From Octopus bimaculoides (Eukaryota), in assembly GCF_001194135.2 (NCBI RefSeq), contig NC_068982.1, positions 166,269,378 through 166,333,377 of the forward strand: a DNA stretch of 64,000 nt, given 5' to 3'. The position numbers and the translations under genes were made by a program. This document shows positions 37,477 through 50,363 of the stretch, one piece after another (positions within the stretch are counted from its first letter, which is position 1; each line of letters begins with the position of its first letter). The notes under the pieces were generated by a model, which had not been told where the DNA came from, ran no database searches, and saw nothing but the letters and a program-made list of their open reading frames with translations.

Positions 37477-38329
37477 ACCAATCCGTATCAATAATGCCGG
37501 GAAGATTTGTAGTTGGCTGACTCCATAAGATATCCTGTTAACAATCAATGAATCGACGATTTGTATCCTATTATCGATATTGCATCCCCAGCCAAAACAT
37601 TTTGTCTTTCCATGATGTAGACCGCTAAATTACAAATAGGTTCAATATGCATGTTCAGCACGCTATAGCATTACCAAGAACAGAAACTCAATATTTAATG
37701 GGAATTTTCTTAGCTTAAAGTGCTGAGTTCAAATCTTTCTTGGGGATAAAATACTACAAGTAGTCACTCACAAATTAGATTCCCAAGGCGTATAGGTTGG
37801 TCTTGAAACTGGATCTAGTTTTACTTACTAACATAATTCAGCTCACCATGTATAGGCATACACCATGAAGTGGATAACTTAACACTAAGGATTTCCATGA
37901 AAATATTTCTTACTGAAGAGGTAATATCGTACTAGAGAGATAACGATTGTTTGTGATACAAACCTTATCTTTTCCGTTTTTATCTGAATTAGGTTCCAAT
38001 TGATATATACTTTTATAAAGGAGCAGACATATCTGTATGGTTAAGTTTGCTTTACACTTCCGTGATTTTTGGTTTAATCCCATTACGATACACCTTGGTT
38101 ACCTGATTTTACCATATCATTTAGTAAACCAATGCTCTATGAGAGGACTTGGGAGAAGGAAATTGTTAAGCTCATTGGAGGGACCGGCCATCTTCATGGG
38201 ATGTATACTCTCTCCGTTAGTTAAACTGAGAGAGGTTATGCCAACCGGTATTAAATCAGGAAACAGATTAAGTCTCTGCTAGACGTACCAAACTCTGACA
38301 TTTTAGTACATTGAGCGGAGTTCGCTCTT

Positions 38330-38700
38330 TGACAAGCATAATTCTTTCTTCCCTTCGGTCACAGAGAAAGGATCCTGGACGTTTTCTTTTGGCTCAAGTG
38401 AATCCTACAATGAAATATAGCACCCACACCTGGGATGATGATGATGCTATCACATACACAGACATCCCAGACTGCATCCATAGAAGGACCATTCGACTGA
38501 GTGGCATTCAATCACAAACGGACACACTCCAACGCTTGTCCCTCAAGCATGCTGTCTTCTCTCTATCTATTCCCGCAATATTATAACCGTCTCTGCTCCT
38601 CTGAGTTGGCTGGTTTCATACCTCTACCACTTAAGGACCCTCTATCCACTCGCCTCTCTATTTCGCATCTACCTTGAGTCTAATCCACCCTGGCTCTGCT
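38330..38700 (+). mobile_element. CR1-like LINE 3' (post-RT) fragment
   Basis: LAQVNPTMKYSTHTW...HRRTIRL...LQRLSLKH and YYNRLCSSELAGFIP resemble KAQVRPxMEYxSHIW...LQPLSHRR...YYNGxCSxELxxLVP. Confidence 0.65.
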
Positions 38701-40644
38701 CTAACCACTTTTCATGGTCCTTCTCCCCAGAACAACGGCCCCCTGAAAGGTGTTGAACTGTAACAGTTTTTAAGAAAGACATAAACCTTATTGGTTTGGG
38801 TTGGGACTGCAATGATCATGGTCACTACCTCTTCTGCCAGATTCAGCAAGTGAAAAAATCAGCTATTGAGAAGTAAAACTAATAGGTTAGTATGCCAAAA
38901 ATGCATTTATTAACAGTTTGTAGCAACTCGCATAACTTCGTTTTTTTGTACCACGCCACCGCCTGGGTTCAATGTCGCAAGACATTCGAAACTGATATTT
39001 GATTGTTACAAAACGTCAATTTCGACTGTCTTTCTGAACAACCTTACCAATCAGTTTCGAGACAGTGACAGCTGACTTTTGTCGTATAAATAAATAAAAA
39101 TACAAACAGACTTAGTTAACAGAATGTTGAGCATCTGATTTACGGTGCATGATTCTGTGACAAGATATATCTACCTTAAAAAACATATGGACCTTTGAAA
39201 AAAAGAAAATGGTCAGCCATCAAGTTCGTAAAATTTTGCGTCACAAAAAGTAAATCGATACATTATCAAAGCTTAAGATTTCTATTTGGACTTTGGAGAT
39301 GATATTATCTTTCACAGCATTTTACCAGATACATTTTTTGTACTTCATTTTTCTTGCTGTCATCTTCATCATCGACGCTAATTATGTTGTGGTTTTGTTG
39401 TGTTGCGGTCGATGTGATTATTTGTACTTATTATTTTACTTTCAGACAGAATATACTGTGCTCTAGTCTGTTAATTATATATCTAGTCCACATTTGAATT
39501 ACCTCTTGTAAAAATATTTGGCTATTGTGTTAAACGATGATGGTGCGTGTGTGTGTGTGTGTTTTACAGTAGCAGAAATTTACGTTGAATAGAGTTTTAA
39601 AAATCTGAAGCAATAGTGCGTCTCCACTGAGTACTAAATGTTTAATAATGAATAGCGTTCTAAATTTTAAGCCAAGATTCAAAATTGAATCTATATTTTC
39701 CTACGAATTTTTTCTTGCTGTTCTCCGCTTTTGCACCTACAAATTTATGAGAGTCAACTGCTATGTTTAGTTAGGTCCGACAGACTGTTGAAGATTCTTA
39801 GGTTAAATAGGGTTTAGACAAGATAACACAGAAATCCTTTGTTCAGCCTGACCTAATTTAGTTAGACAAAATATAAATACGGAACCTGAAATTGATTCTA
39901 CCTCTTTCGTTGGGTGCCTTCCCCAAAGGGCACATCTGTCTGTTTCTCTCTTCACGTATGGTTTGTCGCCGCCGCGGCACAAAACAACTTTCACCCTCTC
40001 TACTTTTCAACATAGAGAGGTCAATTCTCCTACTCTTTCTTCTCTTCTTCTTCCATCTGTCCTTCTAGCAGTCAATAAAAGATGAACTTAACTAACTACA
40101 GAATGGATAACACAACAGTAAACAATCTGTTGTACAACAACTCGAAGAAGTATCTTATTTTGTAACGAACAAGTAAAGGCCCGTATCCTCATGAATAATC
40201 TTATTCCACTCATTCATTCGCCACATATAAATTGCTAGTTTTGAAAACTAAAAAGTGGAATCTGTTTTTGGTTAAGACTTACCAGTAATAGCAACCAAAA
40301 TTACCTCAAAATGCTTATGTCTTTAAAAACTAGCATAACACATTGAACAATGCAATACCAGATACATTCGGTCTGAAAAAAGGATAGTATAGTTGATGAC
40401 TTTAATCATTGATATATTCGGTTTGTTGATTTAGGAGTATACAGCAATAAGAGTAACTAAATGTGTTAAGGTATTTATTTTCGTGCTTAACATTTCTAAA
40501 TTCCAGTTCATTTGTTGTGGAATAATAATATCAAGTACTATAGAGATATATTGCACTTTCATACCTTAGCTATAAACAAGGTATTTTCTACGTACTTAAA
40601 GTAGTAGTTGTTTAATCCCACGTCACCTTTGATCGTGCAGACTT

Positions 40645-40975
40645 TTACTTTTTCACTTCTTTCAATCATAGGACTGCAGCCATGCTGGAGCATGTAGTGT
40701 TAGACGAACAAATTGATTCATGTACTTATTTTACATCTGGTACTCATGCTATCGGGTCTTTTATCGAACTGCTAAGTTACGACGATATAAACACCAATAC
40801 CAGTTACCAAAAGATAGTGAGGACAAATACGCATATACATGCGTGCGCGACAAAGCATTTATCAACCAAGAGCTATGCTAGAAGACACCTGCCCAAAGTG
40901 CTGCAGAGTGGAACTGAACCTGAATCCAAGTGGTTGCGAAGCGAACTTAGTCACACACTTATGCCCGCGCCTATT
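40645..40975 (-). mobile_element. old composite SINE, family Y (tRNA head, CORE, internal microsatellite, 3' body)
   Basis: The head at 40840-40975 includes ggttcagttccactc and ctttgggcaggtgtcttctagcatagc. The body at 40645-40810 is homologous to 55362-55590. Confidence 0.7.
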
Positions 40976-41034
40976 CAAATCATTACCTGGCATTTTATTT
41001 GTTTGAACACGGGAGAATAGGATTCGAGCTAATC

Positions 41035-41100
41035 CATTTTTAAGATGGTAGGGTATAAGTTGAAGTTTATTCGGCTGCTATTTCTAGTAAGTTTAGTAAC
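41035..41100 (-). repeat. interspersed repeat family Z fragment
   Basis: Shares ggctgctatttctag / tagaaayrgcagcc and cacccta motifs with 49635-49714 (+) and 60200-60286 (-). Confidence 0.55.
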
Positions 41101-41664
41101 TATGAAAAAACATCCACGTGTTGGTTCGTATTATCTTTGCAATAAAGAGCTAAGCTAATTTATATCCAGAAACAAGTTGCTGCTGTTTTTACTACAATTG
41201 CATCTACTTCTATGACTTATGCTATCGTTATTGTTGTTAGCAATTTTGTGGTATTAAGAGAAATAATAATGAGCGTTATATAAATATTATATTGTCCATT
41301 GTTTCATACTGATGTGTTTCTTTTAGGCTTTGTTTCTTATTTGAATCATCATTAATTATTAAGAATATTTTATAACTGTTTCGAGACAGAGTGCCTGATA
41401 GCCACCTTAAACTAATGTATTTCCTTTCATAATTTGTGTATCAGTACTTGGTTTGACAATTTATTACCTCATCTAAATGGTAGAAGACATTTGAACGCAT
41501 CTCTTTGTCTTTGAAGTTCTAAATTAAAGCTGAATGGAAGATCTTTTACTTGAGGCAGACAGTTGCACGTTAGATTCTTCTGAAATTTGTTTGGCAAGCT
41601 AGTTTCTCTTAGAAACACCTCAAGAATCTAACATGCTAAATTTGGGGTTTGAGAATAACCCTTA

Positions 41665-41755
41665 GGCATAAGACCTGAAATTTTGTGGGGATGGGGCTAG
41701 TCGATTACATCGACCCCAGTGTTGAACTGGCACTTATTTTATCAACCCGAAAGAT
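41665..41755 (-). mobile_element. SINE family X 3' fragment
   Basis: cctgaaatttt...ctagtcgattacatcgaccccag...acttattttatc is the reverse complement of the 54760-54845 region. Confidence 0.7.
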
Positions 41756-43509
41756 AATGTTTAGTATCTGCATGTATTTTTGGAATTTCGAAGTTGGGTC
41801 TGTTTGGCCAGTGGCTTGATCTGAGATTATCAGTTGAAATTAAATCAATTACAAAGCAAGAGGCATTTCAGTCATTTACGAACACAGTTGCATGCTCTGT
41901 TGTTCATTTAGTAAATGGCATTTTCTAATATAAAGTACCAAAAAGCTTCATGGTATTTCTGCAATTTGGTCACTGACGCACTTCCATTGGAGTAGATTTA
42001 ACCCGTAACCAATTCATAGAAGTGCGACTGAAACTTATTGAAGATTCATAGTAGATATCATTTAATAAATAAATGAAAGTATTTAGTAGCGAGGAATAGC
42101 TAAAACTAAGAAAGTTTAAACTTGTACAAGTCGTAGACTGTTAGTGAACAGGATAGAGGTATTTACTAGCGACAATAAGCAGTACAGGGCAGGGGCACAT
42201 GACCCAGTTTTCTTCATGGTGAAATCTGTGTTAAAACTAAAACGAAGTTATCTGCGATGGAATGTGATTAGCAAAACTGAAATTTATCTTCTCAACAGAT
42301 TTCATGGCAGCCAAACTTAAGCAATGGACACAACTTTATCATTATCAATCTTCCAATTTAACTAACCACAGCGTTCTCTTATCACTTCTTTCCTCTTCTA
42401 AGCTCATTAAGTCAAAATTTCGTTTCTTCAGCAAATCTTGCGAATGATTCTGAAATATCTTTTATCACCAAAAATTCCCTTACATAATCATATAATCTTA
42501 TTAACCAAGAGATCTGTTCCATCTAATTATTTGATTTCTTTCACAGCATTAAAGATTCGGGTACAACTGGTTCCTGTTTAAATGACACCAGAGCCCTTTG
42601 TTACTTTTAATCCGAAGTTTTAAATACTATCTCTTGCCAACAATATCAACTCCTGCTTATCATCCGATTGCTGTTATCAATGATAAACTATCAATCGAAA
42701 AATCAAACATATCTATGGTATTAATAGATATATTAAAGAATTAAACAGACGGCAACTTCGCTGAAGAGACATTACGCTCGATTCACATTAAGCTATTCAT
42801 TTATATACGATCCTGCAAAGATAAACTTCAACCTTTGCTATCATCATTTAAGATGGAAGCATATCGAAAAAGAAATGGGCCACATTCCATTTGACCACTT
42901 CTGTGATAAAGCTAAAGGAAAGATTACAGAAATGTATGTAATGAAGCTAGTATATAGCTTAAACACTGCTGCTACTTTATATGTATCAAGTATGCGGAAT
43001 GAGTTGCAACGCAAAACTAATATTTGGCTGCAACTATTACGACTGTTGTTGCTTTAATCGTGAATATATCAATCCATAAGAATCTTTTTCCTTCCTTTTC
43101 GTTCTTTTAAGTTATCGTTACTGAAGTTTGAATACGCGCCTCTAATATTGCTAAGGCCTTTGGGGTGAAATCCTAATCGTCACAATTCACAATGTTCTCT
43201 TGTATAAATCTAGTATCTTGTGCGATTATGAGATTATTTTTACGAGTTTATGCCACAGTATCACATTTAGAAGAGAATTTACCCAATGGGGTTGCTGGAT
43301 TGGTGGGTTATCTGCAAGTCTAAATGGAGCTGTTATCCCTTGTTTGGGGAATAGTTAGGTCATGTGAAATTCATTGCTGGCAGAAGCCTAAAGGAGATTG
43401 GAGATTTAATGAACTCTTTATGATCGATTAGCAAGCCTTTCATACGCAAAATGCTCACATTATTAGACGTTATCTCGGGGAAAGATTGGCAAAATTATTA
43501 TAGTGTCAA

Positions 43510-43690
43510 AAAAATGCCTTGCGGTACTTATTCCAGCTCTTTACGCTCTGAGTTCAAATCCACCACGGTCAGTTTATGCCTTTCATCTGTTCTAGGTCGA
43601 TAAAATAAAGTATCATCCAAGTACGGTGATCGGTATAATCGACTGAGTCGCTCTCTCTAAAACTGCTGACCTTTGCTCTAAATTGGAGGC
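43510..43690 (+). mobile_element. SINE family X, degenerate copy
   Basis: aaatgccttgcggta...ctgagttcaaatcc...gcctttcatc...ggtcgataaaataaagta...taatcgact. Confidence 0.75.
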
Positions 43691-43899
43691 AATTATATTT
43701 GATGCCCCGCAGTTAATCTAAACACTGTAAATAAGTTATCTGTGAATTCCAATTGAAAATAAACGACAAAAAAATGCGATGGTCATATTGAAATGTCTTT
43801 AATTGGTCTGCAACTAAACTAAAACAAAATCAAGGTAAGCGCTTTGTCACAAGAGCAAGATTAAGAAAATAAAAGAAAACAGTGATTTCTAACGCCAGC

Positions 43900-44050
43900 A
43901 ATAAATTTTGATAGAAGGGAGCTTAGTAGATACCATCAATCTAAATACTTGATTGATTTTATCGACCTCGGAGGAACGAAAAATTAAAAGAAGCAATACT
44001 ACGAAATACTACGAGACATTTTCACCGACTCTTTAACGATTCTGCCAAAA
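43900..44050 (-). mobile_element. SINE family X, degenerate copy
   Basis: ttttatcgacctcgg and aacgattctgcca match the reverse complement of the family X domain and head. Confidence 0.5.
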
Positions 44051-45437
44051 ATATATTGTTTCAAAATTTGACACGAAGAAAATCTCAATGGAAACATTAA
44101 AAACATGCAAAACTAATTGAACCCTTTATATTGATAATTTTTTTGGAATTTCTCTTCTCAATAACTTCCAAACGTCTGCTTTAAATCTCGCCAAATGCTC
44201 CTGTTCCACATCAACTCAAGAGCTCATATAAGCAATAGTTCTTGACCTTGTTCAGAAATCAATTGGGCATAAAATAGACTGTGTTGGTCAAATATTCATT
44301 TATTATATTGCAGAAGGCAACAGTTTGTTTTTGTGGTTTAATTGATTAAATGAATTCCATTAAATGTGTCTAATTTTGAAACATCCTATGTAGAGTGACG
44401 TCAATACTCTAGAACTTACGACTCCAGTTACAATTTTTCTAATATTGAGAGCCGTTACTAATCAAATAGGTGTATCAGAATAATTTACTAAGTGATGAAA
44501 GATCTGTTAACTAGCACTACATTTTTAGCAATTAAGCGACCTAACTTTTCAACGGTATAAATCACATATATGCAAATCATACTACAAGAATATATAGTTC
44601 ACCGCTGAAATAATCACCACCACTGTAGGATTGCAGTTCTAAGTTTTTATTTCTTTCGTGGGAAAATTAGTCTCGTGTCATATCTAGAAATAGATTTATT
44701 CCACCCGTTTAACACAGAGATTTTTTTTTTAAACGCATCCGCAGATCGGTGCGCCCAGTTACGTGTTCCCTGTATCACAAACTGTACGTAATATTTAACC
44801 GATACAAAGATAGTCAAAAACGATAGCGCTCGATCATATGCTTAATAGTATTTAATTTGTTATCTTTGCGTTCTGAGTTCAAATCACATGAAAGCTGATT
44901 CTTTCATTACTCTGGAGTCATCAAATCAAATAGCAAACATGTAATGGAATTCATTTAATCAATTAAACCAAAGACAAACTGTTGCCTTCTGCAATATAGT
45001 AAATGAATATTTGATCAACACAGTCTATGTTATGCCTAAGTGATTTCTGAACAAGGTCAAGAGCTATTGCTTATATGAGCTCTTGAATTGATGTGGAACA
45101 GGAGCATTTGGCGAGATTTAAAGCAGACGTTTGGAAGTTATTGAGAAGAGAAATTCCAAAAAAATTATCAATATAAAGGGTCCGATTAGGTGTAGTTTTG
45201 CGTGTTTTTAATGTTTCCATTGAGATTTTCTTCGTGTCTAATTTTTAAACGTACTTTAAGGTGCCTGATAAAAGGGAAATAAAAGGAAGACAGAGAGGAA
45301 GGGGAAAAAAAAAGACTTACCGACCTACAAACAATATTTATTCCGAAAAGTAGACGCTCTAATGCACTCGAAAATAGAACGAAATATTACCCACAAAAGG
45401 GTGGAAGGCAGAATCTAAGAAATCAAAGCTCTCCACG

Positions 45438-45473
45438 TGAAATGAAATGAAATGAAATGAAATGAAATGAAAT
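45438..45473. repeat. (TGAAA)n pentanucleotide microsatellite, about 7 units
   Basis: Directly visible. Confidence 0.9.
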
Positions 45474-47689
45474 ATACAAGCTGAGTTCCATAAAAGCAAC
45501 TGACCTCTTAAGATAATAATATCGCTAATAATGCTTAAAGTTTTCTCTCCCACTACTCAAGAAACCCTCCAGCGAATTTTATGATATTTCGATTTCTGTT
45601 ATGAAATATTTAATACCAAATAATTCGCCTCAAGCTTTTAATTCTTTTTACAAGTAATTAACAAGGATTTTCTTCTAAGAAAATTTCTCAACGTCAAAAT
45701 GTGTTGTTTTTTACTTTATTTCCGCTTCTTTATGTTTATTTTGCTTCTTAATATTATCCAATCTAAGTGCAAACTTGCAACCAATTAAGCAAGCCCTTCT
45801 CATCAATCGTCTGCCCATTATTACTTGCTATAATATTTGGGCTGGGACAAATTCATTTGCTTTTAAGTGGAATCTATGATTGAAAATTTCATTTATGCAA
45901 TACAGCTGATTCTATTTCGCGTTAACTTAGTTTTTCCTTTCGACTTGATTATTAAAACATTTTACGTCAGGCTGATTTTATTCGCCAAATTAGATTTCAC
46001 TGAAGCTAAGATTACTACCACAAACAACTAATAGTCGATAATTTAATTTACATAGCATCCAGCAGGTTAAAATAAAACAAAAATGAAATGATAATAATAG
46101 CCAATTGCAGAAGCGAATTGGTTTTTATTCACAACAAATCACGGGTACAAATGTACCGGAATAGTTTGTATTTCTGATTGCTTCAGTTCACTTAGTCATT
46201 GAAAATAGACTCTAAGTTTTCCTGGTAAAGTTATTGGTGATAGAAAAGTGCTCAATTTACGAAAAGTGTTTTTCCCTCAATTACTTAAAGCTACGAAAAT
46301 TAGAATTAGATTCCGGTTTATTTCTTTAAACAATAATGTTAATAATGAGGTAATTTTTTAATTTTGTTTATGTTAATTATACAGCTTTGACTTATTATAG
46401 AGACAATTTATACATAAACGGAAGACAAATATTTTTTACATACAATGGTTACTCTTTCGTGATGAATGCAAACCATTTAACGGGTGTTCAAAGAGATATA
46501 ACATATAATTGACAGTGATGATATCTCCTGTATACGCACTGATGTGGCTTTCTGATTCCCTCCTGCGGGTTCACAGGAGGGCTTGAACTCAGCAACCTAA
46601 GCTAACGAAACAGTCGTCAGTAGTCATAGTAATGCCAACACTCGGAGTAGTGAGTTGTTTCTAAATGACAAAGAGTCTACAATATTGTTTCCATCACTGC
46701 AAGTCGCAAACGAATATTAATAATGTTGCACCTTATCTTTTCACCAAGTTGTTTCTATTCCACTCTCGAAGAAAAGATTAAACTCTTACTCTTGGGTTAG
46801 TCTGTGGGAAATACAGTACTCATGACCATTTTTAGTTCCTCCGTGACTAACAGGAGAAGGGAGTAAATTCTCAAACCAAATACTTGCAACGCAGTGAACT
46901 CTTCTAACAGCTCCTGAAAGCCAGGCGATGGTGTAAAACTAGGCAATGAAAAATGCTTTGGTACTTACTTAAAGGCTACAAGCATGGCCGAACGACTAAG
47001 CTCGCTTCCCAACCGTGAGATCTTCAGTTGCTTTTCCAGTATACTAGCCATTCCACCTTTTATGTAACCCAAACACTTAGTTTGCTATGATGAAATCTGT
47101 AGGAATGCTTCATTGTTCAATCAAATTAGTTGTGGACAAAGAGTCTAACCACTTAAGTTAGACTCCCCGTCTGCGTTCTTTCAGCCTTCCTTTAACGCCT
47201 TCTTTCAATGTCTACTTCAAAAACCAATCCTGTTGATTTGATGCCTCGTTCCTAATACAGAGTAACAGAATAGCAGAATCACTACACCTATTCATCTTTT
47301 TTCTTCCTGCTTCACGTTCTGTTTAGTCGTTTAAACCAAACGTGTTTATTCTGTCGTGCGTTTTCTGTTTCTTTTTTTAATCATCAACTCTACAAGGAAC
47401 AAGAGTCGGTATCCATAGTGTAGGTTGAAGGATACGAATGACTGCATAAAGTTAATGTTTAATGCATATTCTGAATTCTTGTTGGTTGGTGAAGGAAATA
47501 CAAGAAAAGAGAGTATGAGGGGACAAGAGGAGAAAAGATGGGTGTTTTGGTTGGGTTTCGATGGAAATCGTATACTTGTAGCTAAGCTAGTTTTAAGGAA
47601 TAGAGGCTGTTGTAGTGTTAGTTGAAAAGGCAATGCAGAAACGGAGCATCTGTGGCCTAATAAATTGTTTTGGGAACAAGAATTTTCCA

Positions 47690-48700
47690 AACATTTTAGT
47701 ATCTTTCTTTGAGTGTGGTCTTGGCTGTTTGTATGTGTAACATTAACATTAGCACAGTGCTTTGTCGAGAATCAGCATATAATCAGGAATAACGTATTTT
47801 CAGCCCCTGAAGAGGACGGTTAGCCTTAAGGCAATAGTTTTTGCTATGTCCTGAATATTAGGTCACCAAGAGAGATAATCATAGAATTATGATTAATACA
47901 GAAAATATTGGCAGAGCGAGTGTACTTGTCGGTTTGAAACGACCAGGAGAATTTTTCATATGTGTATGTGGCGATGATACTTGATGGGAGCCTTGTCGAG
48001 TTAAAAGCAACTCAGGCAGCAAACCTAGAGGCTTTCTTTTCGAGGGTGCTACTAACTGAGTTATCTTTAATGAGTGGTACGTAGAAGGATTCTAGAAAGT
48101 TAGTGGAGATCCTCTTGGTGAAGGACTAGGACTGGCTGGGATCAAAGACGCAAGAAAAATTGCAGGCTATGCTGTGCAGAAACGCATCTTTTGCTTTACA
48201 AATGGTAGTTTTGCAGAAGTTGCTATGTAAAAGTTTCCATTTGTTTATTCTGTCCATTGCGTGTCTGTTGCAGCGCTGCTCCGTATTAACTACTTGAGTG
48301 TTTGGGGTTAAATGTTGTGACTGTATGAGGGACATGAAGAACATGTCTATGTAGACTGTTTCTACTAATTAAGCGGGTTGAAGTGTTGGGCAATGCGTGG
48401 ATGTGTTGAATGGCTTTGATTAAGGAGTGATCAGAGGATTCCAACAAGGGCAGTAACATGGTAGTTTGAATAAAGGCAAAGTCTGGAGGTAAGAGTGAGA
48501 TCAAAAGTGTCTGGAGTGTCTGTATGTCGGTCAGGGATGATACTGATTGTTGCAGAGAATTCAGAATGACAAAATATCCAGCTTCCGCACCAAAAGCACA
48601 AGGAGTATGTGGAAGCAAAGATGTTAGATGCTTCGATGCAAGACCGGAGATGGTCAACCAGTTACTAGATGATGGCAAGCAGTAATAGAGAGAGAACAAA
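47690..48700 (-). mobile_element. CR1-like LINE fragment (APE endonuclease C-terminus to start of RT), decayed
   Basis: APE terminal motif LESSDHSLI (ORF 48286-48699), then VSSTLEKKASRFAA..AFNST (compare VTSPxDKAELFAxxFSSxS) and SSSGAEN (compare SxAxGPDxIP). Confidence 0.6.
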
Positions 48701-48788
48701 AGAAATTACACACACACAGGCGCCGCCTTTCAAAGCAATGTTTGAATGCAATTTTGTCTGGACAGCAGCTATTAGTTATAGGTAAACG

Positions 48789-48825
48789 ATGTCCTGTTAT
48801 TGCTTCTCGAGCAATAACAGGACAT
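48789..48825. repeat. perfect 16-bp inverted repeat with 5-nt spacer
   Basis: ATGTCCTGTTATTGCT tctcg AGCAATAACAGGACAT. Confidence 0.95.
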
Positions 48826-49634
48826 GGAGCCTGTGCATTAGTAGGAAGTAATGTGTGGGGTATCGTTTTACTCGAAATTCTCAGAAGTTCATAAGTAGGA
48901 AGTAAAATTGTCGAGCTGGTATAGCTTTATATTTCATTTTCATTTTCATTTCGAAGGATTGGACAAATATCTTATATCAGTCTGAGACATCATAAGTGGA
49001 TGACGTGGTGGAAAGTGATTGCATCAAGTAGTTAAAGTATGGGGTGTGCACCAGCAACAAGTTAGAGGAAGAGTAGCCATTGCAATATGGGCGAGAATGG
49101 GATGGTAATCATAGTTTTCGTGAGTGAAAGCAATTGCTTTGATTAGGTTTGCATGGTTGTTTAATATATGAACAAAATTGGTGAACATCGTATAATAAAA
49201 TTAAGCTTTCGCCAAGTCGAGTTCGAAATGTCCTTTTAGTCAGTTATTCCGATGAGAAGATTATGAGCTACACTCAATATTGGTTGTACTATTACTTGGA
49301 GAGCATTTGAGAGTGACAGTTGATAACCGCCACTGACAACGCTTTCATAGTGCAACGGGAAACAAATTCGTGCCTGGAACCCAAACTGAAATTTAAAGAT
49401 CTGAGAAAAACTTGACATTTATGGAACTAAGGTAACAAAAGTTCAGATTTTTCACCGATACAATAGTCCATGATTTTTCACATAGGATAAAAACCGAACG
49501 AATCAAACAAGTATTGGGTGGGATTTGAACTCAGAATATATAAAAGTAACAAAGTACAGCAAGATTAGAGGAAGGTATTATGTCTAGCACTCTACTGTTT
49601 CACCAACCTCAATTACTTCAGCAAACCAACGAGG

Positions 49635-49714
49635 GAGTCTGTACGCGGTCGCTCTGCTGGTTAGAAACGGCAGCCGAATTTCCTCAAATCACACCCTACT
49701 CTCTAAGAAAAAAG
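49635..49714 (+). repeat. interspersed repeat family Z fragment
   Basis: gttagaaacggcagccgaatttcctcaaatcacacccta, matching 41035-41100 and 60200-60286. Confidence 0.55.
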
Positions 49715-50075
49715 AAGTAGCATGTAATGTCATTTAAATCGGTCTTAATATTTAATACATTATCGATCCTGGAAATTTGAAATGTTAAAGTTCCTCCTGC
49801 GTGATTTGGATGCAGAAAGTAAAATTATATATCTAAACAACTACATTTACACCTCTTGATGTAGTAGTAACAGCAATATGGTTTTCTAACATATGTTGAG
49901 GCCATATATTTGGGGCTGTAGCCAATTAAATTTATTCCAGTAGTTATTCTTGTCTTGCAGTTATTTTATAGACCCTCAAATTACAAAAGATAACGTCGAC
50001 CTGGGCAAGATTTACTGATTCTGTCAACTTGTTGCCTACCTAGCAAAATAAAAAATCGAGAGTCGCTTTAAACTA

Positions 50076-50363
50076 TAGCGGTTCTCAATAATCCTCCGCG
50101 GCCCATTTAGGTAAATTAATAATCCTCTACGGTCCATTTTCATATCTAAATAAACAACGGGGTGCACTTACTATTTGATATTTCTAGAAATATTTCTCAA
50201 TTTTTGTTTATCGCAAACGTACAGTAGTAGCTCTTACGCTTCTGGCTTATTCTATTACATATTCACGAGTATTTTACATTTTATAATTTATTTCAAAAGT
50301 AAAAGATTTTGTCTTTGCGACCCTTTCTGAATTACATCGCAGCCAATAGATTGAAAACCGCTG
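50076..50363. mobile_element. hAT MITE
   Basis: TIR TAGCGGTTCTCAA / TTGAAAACCGCTG (11/13). CTTTAAAC at 50066-50073 and 50364-50371, with 2 extra nt on the left. Subterminal direct repeat aataatcctc.rcgg.ccattt x2. Confidence 0.75.

Noticed and set aside
42240-42760. Possible hAT transposase relic on the minus strand
   Set aside because: Only vague peptide resemblance, with stops in every frame and no diagnostic motif.
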